The position numbers were made by a program, and so were the translations under genes. From contig CAWFQK010000007.1 in assembly GCA_963817955.1 (NCBI GenBank), positions 64,001 through 128,000 of the forward strand: a DNA stretch of 64,000 nt, read 5' to 3'. The notes under the pieces were generated by a model that ran no database searches, was not told the DNA's origin, and worked only from the letters and a program-made list of their open reading frames with translations. The stretch comes from an uncultured Gemmatimonadaceae bacterium. Lineage in GTDB: Bacteria; Gemmatimonadota; Gemmatimonadetes; Gemmatimonadales; Gemmatimonadaceae. Below, piece after piece: positions 37,726-49,863 of the stretch. The number at the start of each line of letters is the position of its first letter. The stretch's first letter is position 1.

Positions 37726-39843
37726 ATGGAGTCCCGCGTGCAGATGCTCGATGATATCGCGTCGCTGGTCGTGCAGCTCGAGCCGAACGACGAAGCGGCG
37801 CTTCGCGAAATCCGCGCGGCGCTTCATTCGGCGCTCACGTCGACGGCCTACACCAGCGCGGTCAAGACGCTCATCGTCGAGGCGCTGCTGCTGTTCGACG
37901 ATCCACGCGAAGACGTAGAGGGTGGCGCGGAAAAGCTCGTCCACGGGCTACGTGCGCTCGTCGAGAGTGCGGTCAACGCGCACGAGTCGGGCACGGCGAC
38001 ACCCGCCCGACCGGCTCCGGCAGTGGAATCGCAGAGCATCGCGGTCGGAACATTCCTGGGGCCGAACGCCGATCGACCACTGCTCGCTGAGTTCATCGGA
38101 GAGTGCCGCGACTATCTCGATGGATCGGAGGCCTCGCTGCTCCGCCTCGAGGCGGATGCAAGCGACACCGAGGCAATCAACACCATCTTCCGCGCCTTCC
38201 ACACGATCAAGGGCACCTCGGCGTTCCTCGGCGTCGAGCTGGCCACCGGTCTGGCACACGAGGCCGAAACGCTGCTGAGCAAAGCGCGTGACGGCTCTAT
38301 TTCCTGCACCGGCGACGTGGCCGATGTCATCTTCCGCACCATCGATGTATTGAAAGGCGTCATGGATGGCGTGGAGCAGGCGCTCGCGGGCCAGGAGCCC
38401 ACGATACCGCCTCAATACGAAGAAACGATTCGGCAACTCCGTGCGCTGGATCGCGAACCCCCCGCAGAGTCGCCAATAGAGTCGGTGATGGCGCCGCCGA
38501 CAGAGCCATTGACGGTATCGCCGACAGAGCCGCTGACGGAGTCACCTGCGGCCGCCAGTGCATCGCCCACTGGGGCGCCATCAACGGCGCAAGTGGCTGC
38601 GGCTGCCGCGGCAGCCCGTGGACCGCGTCTCGCCGAGATGGTTCGCGTTCGGACGGATCGCCTCGATCGCATCATCGAAATGGTAGGCGAACTCGTCATC
38701 GCGCAGTCGATGTTGTCCCAGGACGCTACGGTACGCGAGCAGACGAATTATGAGCTCTCGCGCAAGGTTGGTCATGCGGAGAAGATCGTCCGCGAATTGC
38801 AGGACCTCAGCATGGGAATGCGAATGGTGCCGCTGAAGGCGCCGTTCCAGAAGGTCGCGCGATTGGCGCGCGATCTGGCGCACCGTCATCAGAAGCTGGT
38901 GGAGTTTTCGGCCGAAGGCGAAGATACCGAAATCGATCGCAATCTCGTCGACGTGCTGGCGGATCCGCTGGTGCACATGATCCGCAACGCCGTCGACCAC
39001 GGCATCGAATTGCCGGACGATCGTGAACGCGCGGGCAAGCCGCGGGCCGGCCAGCTCCGAATCACGGCGTCGCACGTCGGCGGCAACGTCGTCGTCGAGC
39101 TGCACGATGACGGCCGCGGATTGAATCGCGAGCGCATCGTTGCCAAAGCAATCGCCATGCGGATCATCGAGACGGCGGACGGGCTCACTGATACTGAGAT
39201 CTTCAATCTCATCTTCCGCCCAGGTTTCTCCACGGCCGAGAAAGTGACGGACGTTTCTGGCCGTGGCGTTGGTATGGACGTGGTGCGGCGCAATGTCGAG
39301 TCGATGCGCGGCCGCGTGGAGATCACGTCGCGTCCCGGCCAGGGCTCGACATTCACCATTCGCCTTCCGCTCACACTGGCGATCACCGACGGTATGCTCA
39401 TTCGTGTCGGTCAGGAGCGGTACCTCGTGCCAACGGAGCACATCCGCGTGAGCTTCCGACCCGAGTCGTCGCAACTGTCGACGATTGGCGGACGTCGCGA
39501 GGTGGTGATGCTCCGAGGCGAGGTCATGCCGGTCGTTCGGCTGCACCAGCTGTTCAACATTCGCGGTGCAGAGGAACGTCCCGAGGATGCCTTGCTCATG
39601 GTCATCGGCACCGGGCGTGACAGCGCTGCCGTGCTGGTCGATGAGCTGCTTGGGCAGAGCCAAGTGGTCGCGAAGTCGCTCGGCGATGGCCTGGGCCGCG
39701 TGCCTGGCGTGTCCGGCGGTGCGATCCTCGGCGACGGACGCGTCGGTCTCATTCTCGACGTTCACGAGCTGGTCGAGATCTCGCGACACAGTGGAACGGT
39801 CCGCGCTCCGTCGCCCGTCGCCGAGGCTCTTGCGGTGGCCTGA
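37726..39843 (+). CDS. cheA: Chemotaxis histidine kinase CheA
   Basis: HPT (FRAFHTIKG), HMIRNAVDHGIE, DVSGRGVGMDVV and a C-terminal CheW domain. Confidence 0.97.
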   Translation: MESRVQMLDDIASLVVQLEPNDEAALREIRAALHSALTSTAYTSAVKTLIVEALLLFDDPREDVEGGAEKLVHGLRALVESAVNAHESGTATPARPAPAVESQSIAVGTFLGPNADRPLLAEFIGECRDYLDGSEASLLRLEADASDTEAINTIFRAFHTIKGTSAFLGVELATGLAHEAETLLSKARDGSISCTGDVADVIFRTIDVLKGVMDGVEQALAGQEPTIPPQYEETIRQLRALDREPPAESPIESVMAPPTEPLTVSPTEPLTESPAAASASPTGAPSTAQVAAAAAAARGPRLAEMVRVRTDRLDRIIEMVGELVIAQSMLSQDATVREQTNYELSRKVGHAEKIVRELQDLSMGMRMVPLKAPFQKVARLARDLAHRHQKLVEFSAEGEDTEIDRNLVDVLADPLVHMIRNAVDHGIELPDDRERAGKPRAGQLRITASHVGGNVVVELHDDGRGLNRERIVAKAIAMRIIETADGLTDTEIFNLIFRPGFSTAEKVTDVSGRGVGMDVVRRNVESMRGRVEITSRPGQGSTFTIRLPLTLAITDGMLIRVGQERYLVPTEHIRVSFRPESSQLSTIGGRREVVMLRGEVMPVVRLHQLFNIRGAEERPEDALLMVIGTGRDSAAVLVDELLGQSQVVAKSLGDGLGRVPGVSGGAILGDGRVGLILDVHELVEISRHSGTVRAPSPVAEALAVA

Positions 39844-39860
39844 GCGGGTACGCCTGTAGC

Positions 39861-39888
39861 TCAAGTCGGCGGCCGAGTCCGTCGATAC
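39861..39888 (+). promoter_or_regulatory. sigma28 promoter upstream of cheW
   Basis: TCAA-N16-GTCGATAC. Confidence 0.6.
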
Positions 39889-39943
39889 TCTCCGAGAGTG
39901 GTGCCCCGAATCGGCACCGATCAATTCAATCTTGGAGCCATCA

Positions 39944-40471
39944 ATGTCCAGCGTTGCCGAGGCAGCCAACGCCCCTCGTGAATCCGCGAAAGGCGGCAAG
40001 TTTCTCTCGTTCTTTCTGGCGGGAGAAGAATACGGTCTCGAGATCCTCAAGGTGCACGAGATCATCAGCATGCTGCCGATCACGCGTGTGCCGCGGACGC
40101 CGCCGTTTGTGCGTGGCGTGGTGAATCTGCGAGGCAAGGTCATTCCGATCATGGATCTCCGCCTGAAGTTCGGGATGGACGCCGGCGGCGCGGAGAGCTG
40201 CATCATCGTGGTCCAACTGCGGGGCGTGCAGATCGGCATTGTCGTGGATCGCGTGTCCGAAGTCTTGAATATTTCTGCCTCGGATATCGAGCCGCCGCCG
40301 TCCTTCGGCGCCGACGTGCAGACGGAATACCTGCTTGGTCTGGCGAAGGGACAGGATCGCGTGCGCCTGCTGCTCGACATCGAGCGCGCGCTGTCGAGTA
40401 GCGAAGTGGAGGTTCTACGGATTACCGCCGGAGAGATCCCAGCGGCGGAGTCGCCCGCAGTGGCAGCCTGA
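39944..40471 (+). CDS. cheW: Chemotaxis coupling protein CheW
   Basis: EEYGLEILKVHEII...GVVNLRGKVIPIMDLR. Confidence 0.95.
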   Translation: MSSVAEAANAPRESAKGGKFLSFFLAGEEYGLEILKVHEIISMLPITRVPRTPPFVRGVVNLRGKVIPIMDLRLKFGMDAGGAESCIIVVQLRGVQIGIVVDRVSEVLNISASDIEPPPSFGADVQTEYLLGLAKGQDRVRLLLDIERALSSSEVEVLRITAGEIPAAESPAVAA

Positions 40472-40482
40472 TCGCGCCGGTC

Positions 40483-40510
40483 TCAACTCGGCCCGTATTC
40501 GTGCCGATGC
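40483..40510 (+). promoter_or_regulatory. Possible sigma28 promoter upstream of mcp-cheR-cheB
   Basis: TCAA-N16-GCCGATGC. Confidence 0.5.
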
Positions 40511-40624
40511 TCTCGAATATGGGCGGTCATGGCCCAGTCCAACATCCGTGGCAATCGGTGGCCTAAATGGCCTCGACGGCAAACCACTGCGAGCGCTGAT
40601 TTCACCTCTGCAACTCACACTTCG

Positions 40625-42784
40625 ATGCTGAAGAATCTCAAGGTTGGCCCGAAGCTCGTTGGCGGTTTCTTGATCGTTGCTCTGGGGTCGGTCCTCGTTG
40701 GTGTGGTCGGCCTGGTCGGCATGTCCCGCATGGCTGGTTCGACCGCCGAGATCGCGACTGGTCAGGTTCCAGCGCTCATCGGATTGGCTGCCGTGGAGGC
40801 AGGCATCTCCGAACTCCGGCGGATCGAGACCGGGCTGTTCGACGCGCGGATGACGAAGGACGCCGCTCAGTACAGCAAGCTCCGCCCCAGCTACGACGCC
40901 GAGCTTCAAACCTTGGAAGAACGCGGCTTCAAGGTCTATGAGCCGCTGCCGCGGGAGCCGGAAGAGGACGCGGCATGGCAGGCCTTCAAGGGTAAGTACG
41001 CCGAGTTCCAGAGCCACCTCGCTCGCGCAATTCCCTTGCTGGACGCGGGCAATCTCGATTCCGTGGCTACTGGACTCATCGTCAAAGACGGCCACGACGC
41101 ATATCTCGCGACCAGCGAGCCGCTGGATAAGGTCGTCCAGATGCAGCAGAGCCAATCTGACGCGAATTGGGCGAATGCTCAGCAGGCTGCGTCGACGGCA
41201 CGATTGCTTGTCATCACGGCCGTGATCATTGCTGTACTCCTCGCCGTATTCTTTGGCGTGGTGTTGGCGCGCGGGATCTCGCGTCCGCTGGCGCTCGTCG
41301 TCGAACGCGCCGCGCAGCTCCGCGGTCTGTGTATCGCCAACTTTGCCGGGGGCGTGCAGGCGCTCGCCGCGGGAGATCTCGGATACCAGATCAAGGTGGG
41401 AACGAAACCAATCGGGAGCGATGCACGTGATGAAACCGGCGAGTTGTCGCGGAGCATCGACGGCATCATCACCGACACCCACGCGACCGTCATGGCGTTC
41501 GAGCGGGCGCGCGCCTCGCTGCAGGTGGCGATCAACGAAGCCAGCGTGTTGACGCGCGCGGCAAATGAAGGCCGGCTGAGCGAACGCGCGGATGCCGCAC
41601 GATTCGAGGGCAGCTATCGCGAGCTCGTGAGTGGCATGAATGGCATGCTCGACGCCGTGACTGCGCCGATCAACGAAGCCGCCGACGTGCTCGAGCGCAT
41701 CGCGAACCGGGATCTCACGGCACGCGTCGCCGGCGAATATCGGGGCGACCACGCGAAGATCAAGGCCGCCATCAACACGGCCGCTCAGAATCTGGACGAC
41801 GCGCTCGCCGAAGTGTCCGTCTCCAGCGATCAGGTTGCGTCGGCGTCCAATCAGATCAGCGGGGGGAGCCAAGCGCTGGCCGAAGGATCGTCCGAGCAGG
41901 CGAGCTCGCTCGAGGAGATCTCATCGAGCTTGCAGGAAATGGCGTCGATGGCGAAGCAGAGCGCCGTGAACGCGAAGGAAGCGCGCGGCTTGGCCGACCA
42001 GGCGAAGCGGGGCACGGACCGTGGCGCGGACAGCATGCAGCGCCTCACCGCGGCGATGGGCCGCATCAAGGCGTCCTCGGACTCCACGGCGAAGATCGTG
42101 AAGACGATCGACGAGATCGCATTCCAGACGAATCTGCTGGCGCTGAACGCTGCGGTCGAAGCGGCGCGTGCCGGCGACGCGGGTCGCGGGTTTGCGGTCG
42201 TGGCCGAAGAGGTTCGCAATCTGGCCATGCGGTCGGCCGAGGCGGCGAAGAACACGGCCACTCTCATCGAAGAGGCCGTCGACAACGCCGAAGGCGGCGT
42301 GGTCATCACGGACGAAGTCGTGAAGAACCTCAACGACATCAGCGCGGGCGTGACCAAGGTGAGCGAAGTCATGACCGAAATTGCGGCCGCGAGCGATCAG
42401 CAGACGCAAGGCATTGGGCAGGTCAACACAGCGGTCGATCAGATGAACAGCGTGACGCAACAGACTGCGGCGAACTCTGAGGAGTCGGCCTCGGCTGCCG
42501 AGGAGCTGTCGAGTCAGGCCGAGGCGATGAAGGAGATGGTGGGGCAATTCCAGCTCTCGGCCGTGACGGGGCGGAGCGTCAAGCCGACGTTCAGACCGGC
42601 CGCGCCGACGCCGAAAGCGTCGAAAGCGCCGAACGTGCGGCCGGCCCCCCGCCGCCCCGCCGTTGCGCCATCCTCACGTCTCCAGCCGACAAAATCACGT
42701 TTCGGATCGATCAATCCGATCAATCCCGCCGACGCGATTCCGTTTCATGACGACGGCGACGATGACACCCTGCACGACTTCTGA
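40625..42784 (+). CDS. Methyl-accepting chemotaxis protein (4-helix-bundle-like sensor)
   Basis: Start [11 protein letters not shown], two TMs, conserved hairpin tip, flexible tail ending DDDTLHDF (resembles a CheR/CheB tether). Confidence 0.95.
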   Translation: MLKNLKVGPKLVGGFLIVALGSVLVGVVGLVGMSRMAGSTAEIATGQVPALIGLAAVEAGISELRRIETGLFDARMTKDAAQYSKLRPSYDAELQTLEERGFKVYEPLPREPEEDAAWQAFKGKYAEFQSHLARAIPLLDAGNLDSVATGLIVKDGHDAYLATSEPLDKVVQMQQSQSDANWANAQQAASTARLLVITAVIIAVLLAVFFGVVLARGISRPLALVVERAAQLRGLCIANFAGGVQALAAGDLGYQIKVGTKPIGSDARDETGELSRSIDGIITDTHATVMAFERARASLQVAINEASVLTRAANEGRLSERADAARFEGSYRELVSGMNGMLDAVTAPINEAADVLERIANRDLTARVAGEYRGDHAKIKAAINTAAQNLDDALAEVSVSSDQVASASNQISGGSQALAEGSSEQASSLEEISSSLQEMASMAKQSAVNAKEARGLADQAKRGTDRGADSMQRLTAAMGRIKASSDSTAKIVKTIDEIAFQTNLLALNAAVEAARAGDAGRGFAVVAEEVRNLAMRSAEAAKNTATLIEEAVDNAEGGVVITDEVVKNLNDISAGVTKVSEVMTEIAAASDQQTQGIGQVNTAVDQMNSVTQQTAANSEESASAAEELSSQAEAMKEMVGQFQLSAVTGRSVKPTFRPAAPTPKASKAPNVRPAPRRPAVAPSSRLQPTKSRFGSINPINPADAIPFHDDGDDDTLHDF

Positions 42785-42843
42785 GAAACGGGCATGCGAC
42801 GTACGCACCACACTTCCTTCAACAATTCTGTGATCACAGACCG

Positions 42844-43680
42844 GTGTCGCTGATGGCGTTCGATTATCCTCATGAGCTGCAGCCGCTCGAAGACGAACAT
42901 TTTCGGGCGATTGGGAAAATCGTGTATCACACCGCGGGGATCAATCTTCACGCGGGGAAGGAAGGGCTGGTGCGTTCGCGCCTTGCGCACCGCTTGCGCG
43001 CGTTGCATCTGGACGGATTCGGCGAGTACTTGCAGTTCGTCGAGAAGGATGTCTCTGGCGCGGAGCTCGCGCACATGGTGGACGTGTTGACCACCAACAA
43101 GACGAGCTTCTTCCGCGAGGCCGAGCATTTCCGCTTCCTGCAGACCGACGTGCTCCCGGCGCTGGCCAGCCGGGGTGAGCCCATTCGGCTCTGGAGCGCC
43201 GGCTGCTCGAGCGGTGAAGAGCCGTTCACGCTGGCGATCGTGTTGCGCGAGCTCCTCGATCCGGCCGTGGCCAGCACGACGCGAATCCTTGCGACCGATA
43301 TTTCGGCGCGCATGCTGGGCAAGGCGCGGGCGGCCTCGTACCGCGTCGACCTGTTGGCCGATGTCCCACCAAACCTCGTTGGGCGGCATTTCATTCGCGA
43401 GCCCGACGGCGAGACCGCGCGCGTCGTCGATGCGACGCGTCAGCTCGTCAAGTTCGCGCGACTCAATCTCATGGCGTCCTGGCCGATGCGTGGCCCGTTC
43501 GACGTCATCTTCTGTCGAAATGTGATGATTTACTTCGATCGTCCGACGCAACAACGGATCGTCGAGCGGTTTTCCGAACTCCTGGCGCCTGGCGGATTCC
43601 TCTTCGTGGGCCACTCGGAGAGTCTCACTCCGCTCCAGCACTCGTTGCGATACATCCAACCTGCGGTCTACGCCAACTAA
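42844..43680 (+). CDS. cheR: Chemotaxis methyltransferase CheR
   Basis: TTNKTSFFRE, WSAGCSSGEEP, FCRNVMIYFD. Start may be 42853. Confidence 0.95.
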   Translation: MSLMAFDYPHELQPLEDEHFRAIGKIVYHTAGINLHAGKEGLVRSRLAHRLRALHLDGFGEYLQFVEKDVSGAELAHMVDVLTTNKTSFFREAEHFRFLQTDVLPALASRGEPIRLWSAGCSSGEEPFTLAIVLRELLDPAVASTTRILATDISARMLGKARAASYRVDLLADVPPNLVGRHFIREPDGETARVVDATRQLVKFARLNLMASWPMRGPFDVIFCRNVMIYFDRPTQQRIVERFSELLAPGGFLFVGHSESLTPLQHSLRYIQPAVYAN

Positions 43681-44186
43681 TGTCTTCCGTTTGCGAGACC
43701 TTCGGCGCGCGGATCGTTGTGGGGGTGGGGGCGATGGAGGTGAGTGGCGATCCGACGGCGCATCTGGTGACCTACGCGCTGGGCAGTTGCCTGGGGATAG
43801 CGGTATTCGACCCGGTCGCGTGCGTCGGCGGGCTGCTCCATGTGATGCTGCCGTCGTCGTCGCTTGGCGGTGGGGATGGATCTCCTGCTCACGCGCACCG
43901 ATATGTTGACACGGGCGTGCCGATACTATTTAGAGAATGCTACAAGTACGGCGCGACCAAGTCACGACTCATTGTTCGCGTTGCCGGTGGGAGCGCCATG
44001 TCGGGAACGGACGACTTTCAGATCGGCAAGCGCAACATCGTTGCGCTCCGGCAGTTGCTCTGGAAGAACGGTGTGCTGGTGCACAGACAGGATGTGGGCG
44101 GGCTGCAGCAGTCGCGCACCATGACGCTGGAGTTGGATACGGGACGGGTATGGATTCGAGCAGGTGGAGACATTCGAGAGCTGTAG
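43680..44186 (+). CDS. cheD: Chemoreceptor glutamine deamidase CheD
   Basis: TYALGSC, GGLLHVMLP, IGKRN, DVGG. Confidence 0.93.
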   Translation: MSSVCETFGARIVVGVGAMEVSGDPTAHLVTYALGSCLGIAVFDPVACVGGLLHVMLPSSSLGGGDGSPAHAHRYVDTGVPILFRECYKYGATKSRLIVRVAGGSAMSGTDDFQIGKRNIVALRQLLWKNGVLVHRQDVGGLQQSRTMTLELDTGRVWIRAGGDIREL

Positions 44187-44586
44187 CTCTCATGCACGGG
44201 TGAAACGATGAGCTTCAACATTCTGATCGTCGATGACAGTAGTGTGATGCGCGCCATGATCGCGCGCACGCTGGCGTTGAGCGGACTGCCGATCGGCGAG
44301 GTGCATCAAGCCGGCGACGGGGCTGCCGGCTTGGCCATGATCCGTGAGCATTGGATCGATCTTGCACTCGTCGACCTCAACATGCCCGTCCTCGGCGGCG
44401 AGGACATGATTGACCGACTTCGACAGGACCCCGACGGCACCAGGCTCCCGATCATCGTCGTGTCGTCCGACGCCAGTACGGTGCGGCACGAGCGGTTGGC
44501 TGCCAAAGGAATCGGATTCGTGCAGAAGCCCTTTGCGCCTGAACAACTCCGTGATCTCGTTCTCAACACTCTTGGAATGACCTATG

Positions 44587-46129
<1,543 letters not shown>

Positions 46130-46144
46130 AGTAGATTCCCGAGT

Positions 46145-47092
46145 ATGGTTGCTGACGCGTTTGGCCCCCCGAGTCAACTGCGCACGGGCACACTCACGGT
46201 CGTCATATCCGGGGCGAGTGGACTGATCGGCTCGCGCCTGACCCGCACGCTCGAGGCCAGCGGCTGTGTCATCCGTCGGCTCGTGCGGCGTCAAGCCCGC
46301 GAACCGCTCGAATTCTCGTGGGATCCGGCGCACGGGTCGATCGACCCGGCGGCGCTCGAGGGAGCTCACGCCGTCGTCAACCTCGCCGGAGAGAATCTCG
46401 CGCAACGCTGGACGCGCGACACCATGCGCCGTATCCGCGACAGCCGCGTGCAGGGCACGTCGCTCCTGGCCGGCGCGCTCGCGTCGTCGGCGCCCCCGAA
46501 GCCGCTTGTCTTCCTGAGCGGCTCGGCCATTGGCATCTACGGGAATCGCGGCGACGAAGTGCTCGACGAGTCGAGCGCACCTGGTGGCGGTTTCCTCGCG
46601 GAAGTCTGCCGGGAGTGGGAAGCCGCGACTACGCCGGCATCAGATGCCGGCGTGCGCACGGTCCACCTGCGCACCGGGCTGGTACTGGCGTCGAGCGGCG
46701 GCGCGCTGGCGAAGATGTTGTGGCCCTTCCGCCTGGGAATGGGTGGGGCGATCGGCGGCGGCCGTCAGTGGATGAGCTGGATTGCGCTCGATGATTGGGT
46801 TGCGGCGATTGCGTTGTTGCTGCGCAGCGACCAGATAGCCGGCGCGGTGAACGTCGTGGCTCCCAACCCCGTGACCAATGCCGAGTTCACGCGAACGCTC
46901 GCCCAGGTGCTCCGCAGACCGGCGGTGTTCAACGTGCCGCGATTCGCCTTGAAACTGGCCCTGGGTCAAATGGCCGACGAGACTATCCTGGCGAGTCAAC
47001 GGGTACGCCCGGCGCGTCTGATGAGCGCGCGCTTCGAGTGGGCGTACCCCGCGCTGGAGAGTGCGTTGCGCGCTACGCAATCAGCGAGCTGA
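46145..47092 (+). CDS. TIGR01777-type NAD-dependent epimerase/oxidoreductase
   Basis: SGASGLIG, VNLAGENL, SAIGIYG, GRQWMSWI. Confidence 0.9.
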   Translation: MVADAFGPPSQLRTGTLTVVISGASGLIGSRLTRTLEASGCVIRRLVRRQAREPLEFSWDPAHGSIDPAALEGAHAVVNLAGENLAQRWTRDTMRRIRDSRVQGTSLLAGALASSAPPKPLVFLSGSAIGIYGNRGDEVLDESSAPGGGFLAEVCREWEAATTPASDAGVRTVHLRTGLVLASSGGALAKMLWPFRLGMGGAIGGGRQWMSWIALDDWVAAIALLLRSDQIAGAVNVVAPNPVTNAEFTRTLAQVLRRPAVFNVPRFALKLALGQMADETILASQRVRPARLMSARFEWAYPALESALRATQSAS

Positions 47093-47867
47093 GTCGTTCG
47101 CTGAATACGCGGGATGCGGTGAGCCGCGTGCCGTCACGCATGATGACGATGTATTCGCCGTGGAACCACGGTTCCAGCTCCTTGATGCGATCGATGTTGA
47201 CGATCGCTGAGCGATGAATGCGCACGAACGTCTTGGGATCGAGCTTCGCCTCCATGTTCTTCATGCTCTCACGCAGGAGATGTGCATCGCCTTTGGTGTG
47301 GATCTTCACGTAGTTGCCTGAGGCCTCGACCCAGTCGATCTCCTCGGTCCGCACGAAGAACACCCGGCCGCTCGACTTCACGATCAGGCGCTCCGGGTAC
47401 TTGCGCTCCTCGCGCAGCTCCTCGAGAAAGGAAACGAGGCTCGAATCGATCGTCTGTCCCTTCTTGCGTACGATGTGCGTACGCGCGCGCTCGAGTGCCT
47501 TCTCGAAACGGGTCTGATCAAACGGTTTGAGCAGGAAGTCGAGCGCGTGAATCTCGAAGGCGCGGATGGCGTAGGCGTCGTGCGCGGTGACGAACACGAT
47601 CGCCGGCATCCATGCGGGATCGATGTTCTCCGCTACCTCGAAGCCGTTCATACCGGGCATCTGTATGTCCAGAAAGACGAGATCCGGCTGTTCGCGATCG
47701 ATCGTCTCCAGGGCGCTGACGCCGTCGGCGCAGACGGCAACCACGGTGATGTCTGTTTGCTGATCGAGCAGCGAATGGATTCGGTCGCGGCCGAGCTCTT
47801 CGTCGTCGACGATCACGGCGCGGATCTTCGTCGATTCTGCGGAGAAAGAACTGGAGGTTGGTGTCAT
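47073..47867 (-). CDS. LytTR-family response regulator
   Basis: Receiver domain plus FVRIHRSAIVN LytTR domain. Confidence 0.93.
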   Translation of the reverse strand: MTPTSSSFSAESTKIRAVIVDDEELGRDRIHSLLDQQTDITVVAVCADGVSALETIDREQPDLVFLDIQMPGMNGFEVAENIDPAWMPAIVFVTAHDAYAIRAFEIHALDFLLKPFDQTRFEKALERARTHIVRKKGQTIDSSLVSFLEELREERKYPERLIVKSSGRVFFVRTEEIDWVEASGNYVKIHTKGDAHLLRESMKNMEAKLDPKTFVRIHRSAIVNIDRIKELEPWFHGEYIVIMRDGTRLTASRVFSERLSSLIA

Positions 47868-49069
47868 CAGTCTGCCGCCGTCCGCTCGAAATGGTGAAAA
47901 GGAATTGTCATGGTCACATGCACTCCCTCGCCCGGGGCGCCGCGCAGCGAAAACGAGTGCCGGTCGCCGTACAAATGCGCCAGGCGCTGCCGCGTGCTTG
48001 CCAGCCCCACGCCTTCCTTGTGGCCGGCGCGCAGGCCGCGGCCGTTATCCACGACGTCGCAACGAAGCAAATCGCCATCGCGCTTCACCGAAATGGCGAT
48101 GGAGCCCTGGCCAAGGTCGCCGAAGCCGTGACGGAACGAGTTCTCGACGAGTGGCTGAAGGAAGAGGTTGGGCACCCGCGCGTCACGCGTCTCCGGAGCG
48201 ACGTCGATCGTGACGTGCAACCGGTCGCCGAAGCGTAATGACATGATCTCGACGTAACGCTGCAGGAACTCCAGCTCGGACTGGAGCGGGACCTCCTGGG
48301 CGCCAATGTTGTGAAGCGACATCCGCAGCAGGTCACTCAATGCGGCGATCATCGTGTCTGCCCGGCGTACATCTTTGTGCATGAGCGCCGAGATGGAATG
48401 CAACGTATTGAATAGAAAGTGCGGCTGGAGTTGCATCCGCAGCATCTGGAGCTGCGCCTGTGCCAATCGGGCTTCGAGCTGAGAGGCGCGAATGGCGCGG
48501 TCTTTCGACACGCGATAATACACCACCGCATGGTGGACGATGACGATGACGCAGAAGATGAGCGCGTCAAGCACCGTCCAGGCGAGCAGAGACGCATTGA
48601 ACAGCGCCGGCATGTTGGCAACCCCGATGGCGGGGTCGAGGAGGCTCAGCGCGATGGAGTAGATCGCAATGTGGCCGACCACGAAGCAACACATCGCGCC
48701 GACTTGCACGAGCCAATTGCGCAACGATGCATTTCCCCAGACCGGAAAGCGCTTGGCCCCAACCATGACCAGCGGCGTGAGGAGCGCCCACGCGTAGGTG
48801 AAGATCAATTCGGCCGGCACCAGCTGCGCAAGCGACACGGGCGCGTCGATGACGCGATTGTACAGATATCTCTCGATCGAATACAGGAGCCCGATGACCG
48901 TGGCGACGCAGAACAGCACGAGCGTGAACCCCACGCGATGCCCCCGCACGACCGCCTGATCGGCGCCCTGCGTCAACCCAAGGATGCTGTATTCCGCCGT
49001 CTGGGCCAGCGGCTCTGCGCCGGGCGGCGTGCGCGTTGGAGCGCTGGATCGTGATTTCAGTGGCGACAA
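47867..49069 (-). CDS. LytS/YehU-family sensor histidine kinase
   Basis: TM region, LRMQLQPHFLFNTLHSI, LQPLVENS, GVGL. Start uncertain. Confidence 0.9.
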   Translation of the reverse strand: MSPLKSRSSAPTRTPPGAEPLAQTAEYSILGLTQGADQAVVRGHRVGFTLVLFCVATVIGLLYSIERYLYNRVIDAPVSLAQLVPAELIFTYAWALLTPLVMVGAKRFPVWGNASLRNWLVQVGAMCCFVVGHIAIYSIALSLLDPAIGVANMPALFNASLLAWTVLDALIFCVIVIVHHAVVYYRVSKDRAIRASQLEARLAQAQLQMLRMQLQPHFLFNTLHSISALMHKDVRRADTMIAALSDLLRMSLHNIGAQEVPLQSELEFLQRYVEIMSLRFGDRLHVTIDVAPETRDARVPNLFLQPLVENSFRHGFGDLGQGSIAISVKRDGDLLRCDVVDNGRGLRAGHKEGVGLASTRQRLAHLYGDRHSFSLRGAPGEGVHVTMTIPFHHFERTAAD

Positions 49070-49170
49070 GAAATCGGCTTCCGCCGGTTCGGTAATTGGA
49101 ATAGTTAGCAGATTGTTGAACTACGAGTGAATCGCCAGCAATCGGTTACGCAGCTGCGAAGATCGTGGCC

Positions 49171-49235
49171 TGTCATCCTGAGCGAAGCTTGTCATCCTGA
49201 GCGAAGCTTGTCATCCTGAGCGAAGCGAAGGATCT
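49171..49235. repeat. REP-like GTCATCCTGAGCGAAGC(GAAGGATCT) unit, triplicated
   Basis: Two 19-bp tandem units, then a full imperfect palindrome. Its 3' end matches window bases 1-16. Confidence 0.8.
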
Positions 49236-49244
49236 CTGTGACCG

Positions 49245-49603
49245 ATAGAACCGCCTTTAACGCAGAGGTCGCAGAGAACTGCAAGAGAGAACTGCAGAGG
49301 ACCGGGAAGGATTGTCTCGCCTGGAAGTCTTGGCTGATGCCGTCGTGATACTCCGATGGTATCGCCCAGGTCGAGATTATCAGCGATATAGGCAGAATGA
49401 TTTTTGGACTCAGCATCCACGGTTCATTCCCCCGATACGCGCCTCCCTTTTCCGTACGCTTCCAGTTCCATTTTCCAGTTCTCTTGCAGTTCTCTTGCAG
49501 TTCTCTTTTGCAGTTCTCTTGCAGTTCTCTGCAGTTCTCTTGCAGTTCTCTGCGACCTCTGCGTTCAAAAGCTGTTCTACCGCTCTGCGTTCAAAAGCTG
49601 TTC
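49245..49603. mobile_element. Palindromic MITE/REPIN-like element, copy 2
   Basis: Inverted arms (AACGCAGAGGTCGCAGAGAACTGCA... / ...TGCAGTTCTCTGCGACCTCTGCGTT) around a ~170-bp core shared with copy 3. Confidence 0.75.
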
Positions 49604-49816
49604 CGGCCCTCGAAGTGATGCGCATGCCCTCGAGCTTCTGGCTCCTGTCCAGCACTGTTTAGGGGTGGTTGGTTGAATGCGTTGGGCACACGGCCAGTAG
49701 TCCATACCCAGAACCCAACCCGTCGGTTTCGTCCAGGCTCCGTTCCTTAGACACTTGATCGGCGAAAATGGGCACCCAGCTGTGCAAACTCGTCGAAATG
49801 CGGGGGCAAACGCGAA

Positions 49817-49842
49817 CCCTCCGGACCGCTTGATCCGGAGGG
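49817..49842 (-). terminator. Hairpin after the amidase gene
   Basis: CCCTCCGGA/TCCGGAGGG stem about 20 bp past the stop. Confidence 0.5.
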
Positions 49843-49863
49843 CCTTGGAACTCCAGCGTGCCG

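Noticed and set aside
49171..49603. Possible CRISPR array (also 1-316 and 62468-63032)
   Set aside because: Repeats are directly tandem or inverted, without unique equal-length spacers, and no cas genes are present.
49192..49676. Small ORFs with LQFS/RTAENC repeats (also 167-358 and the extension to 54630)
   Set aside because: These are translations of the palindromic repeat arms, not credible proteins.
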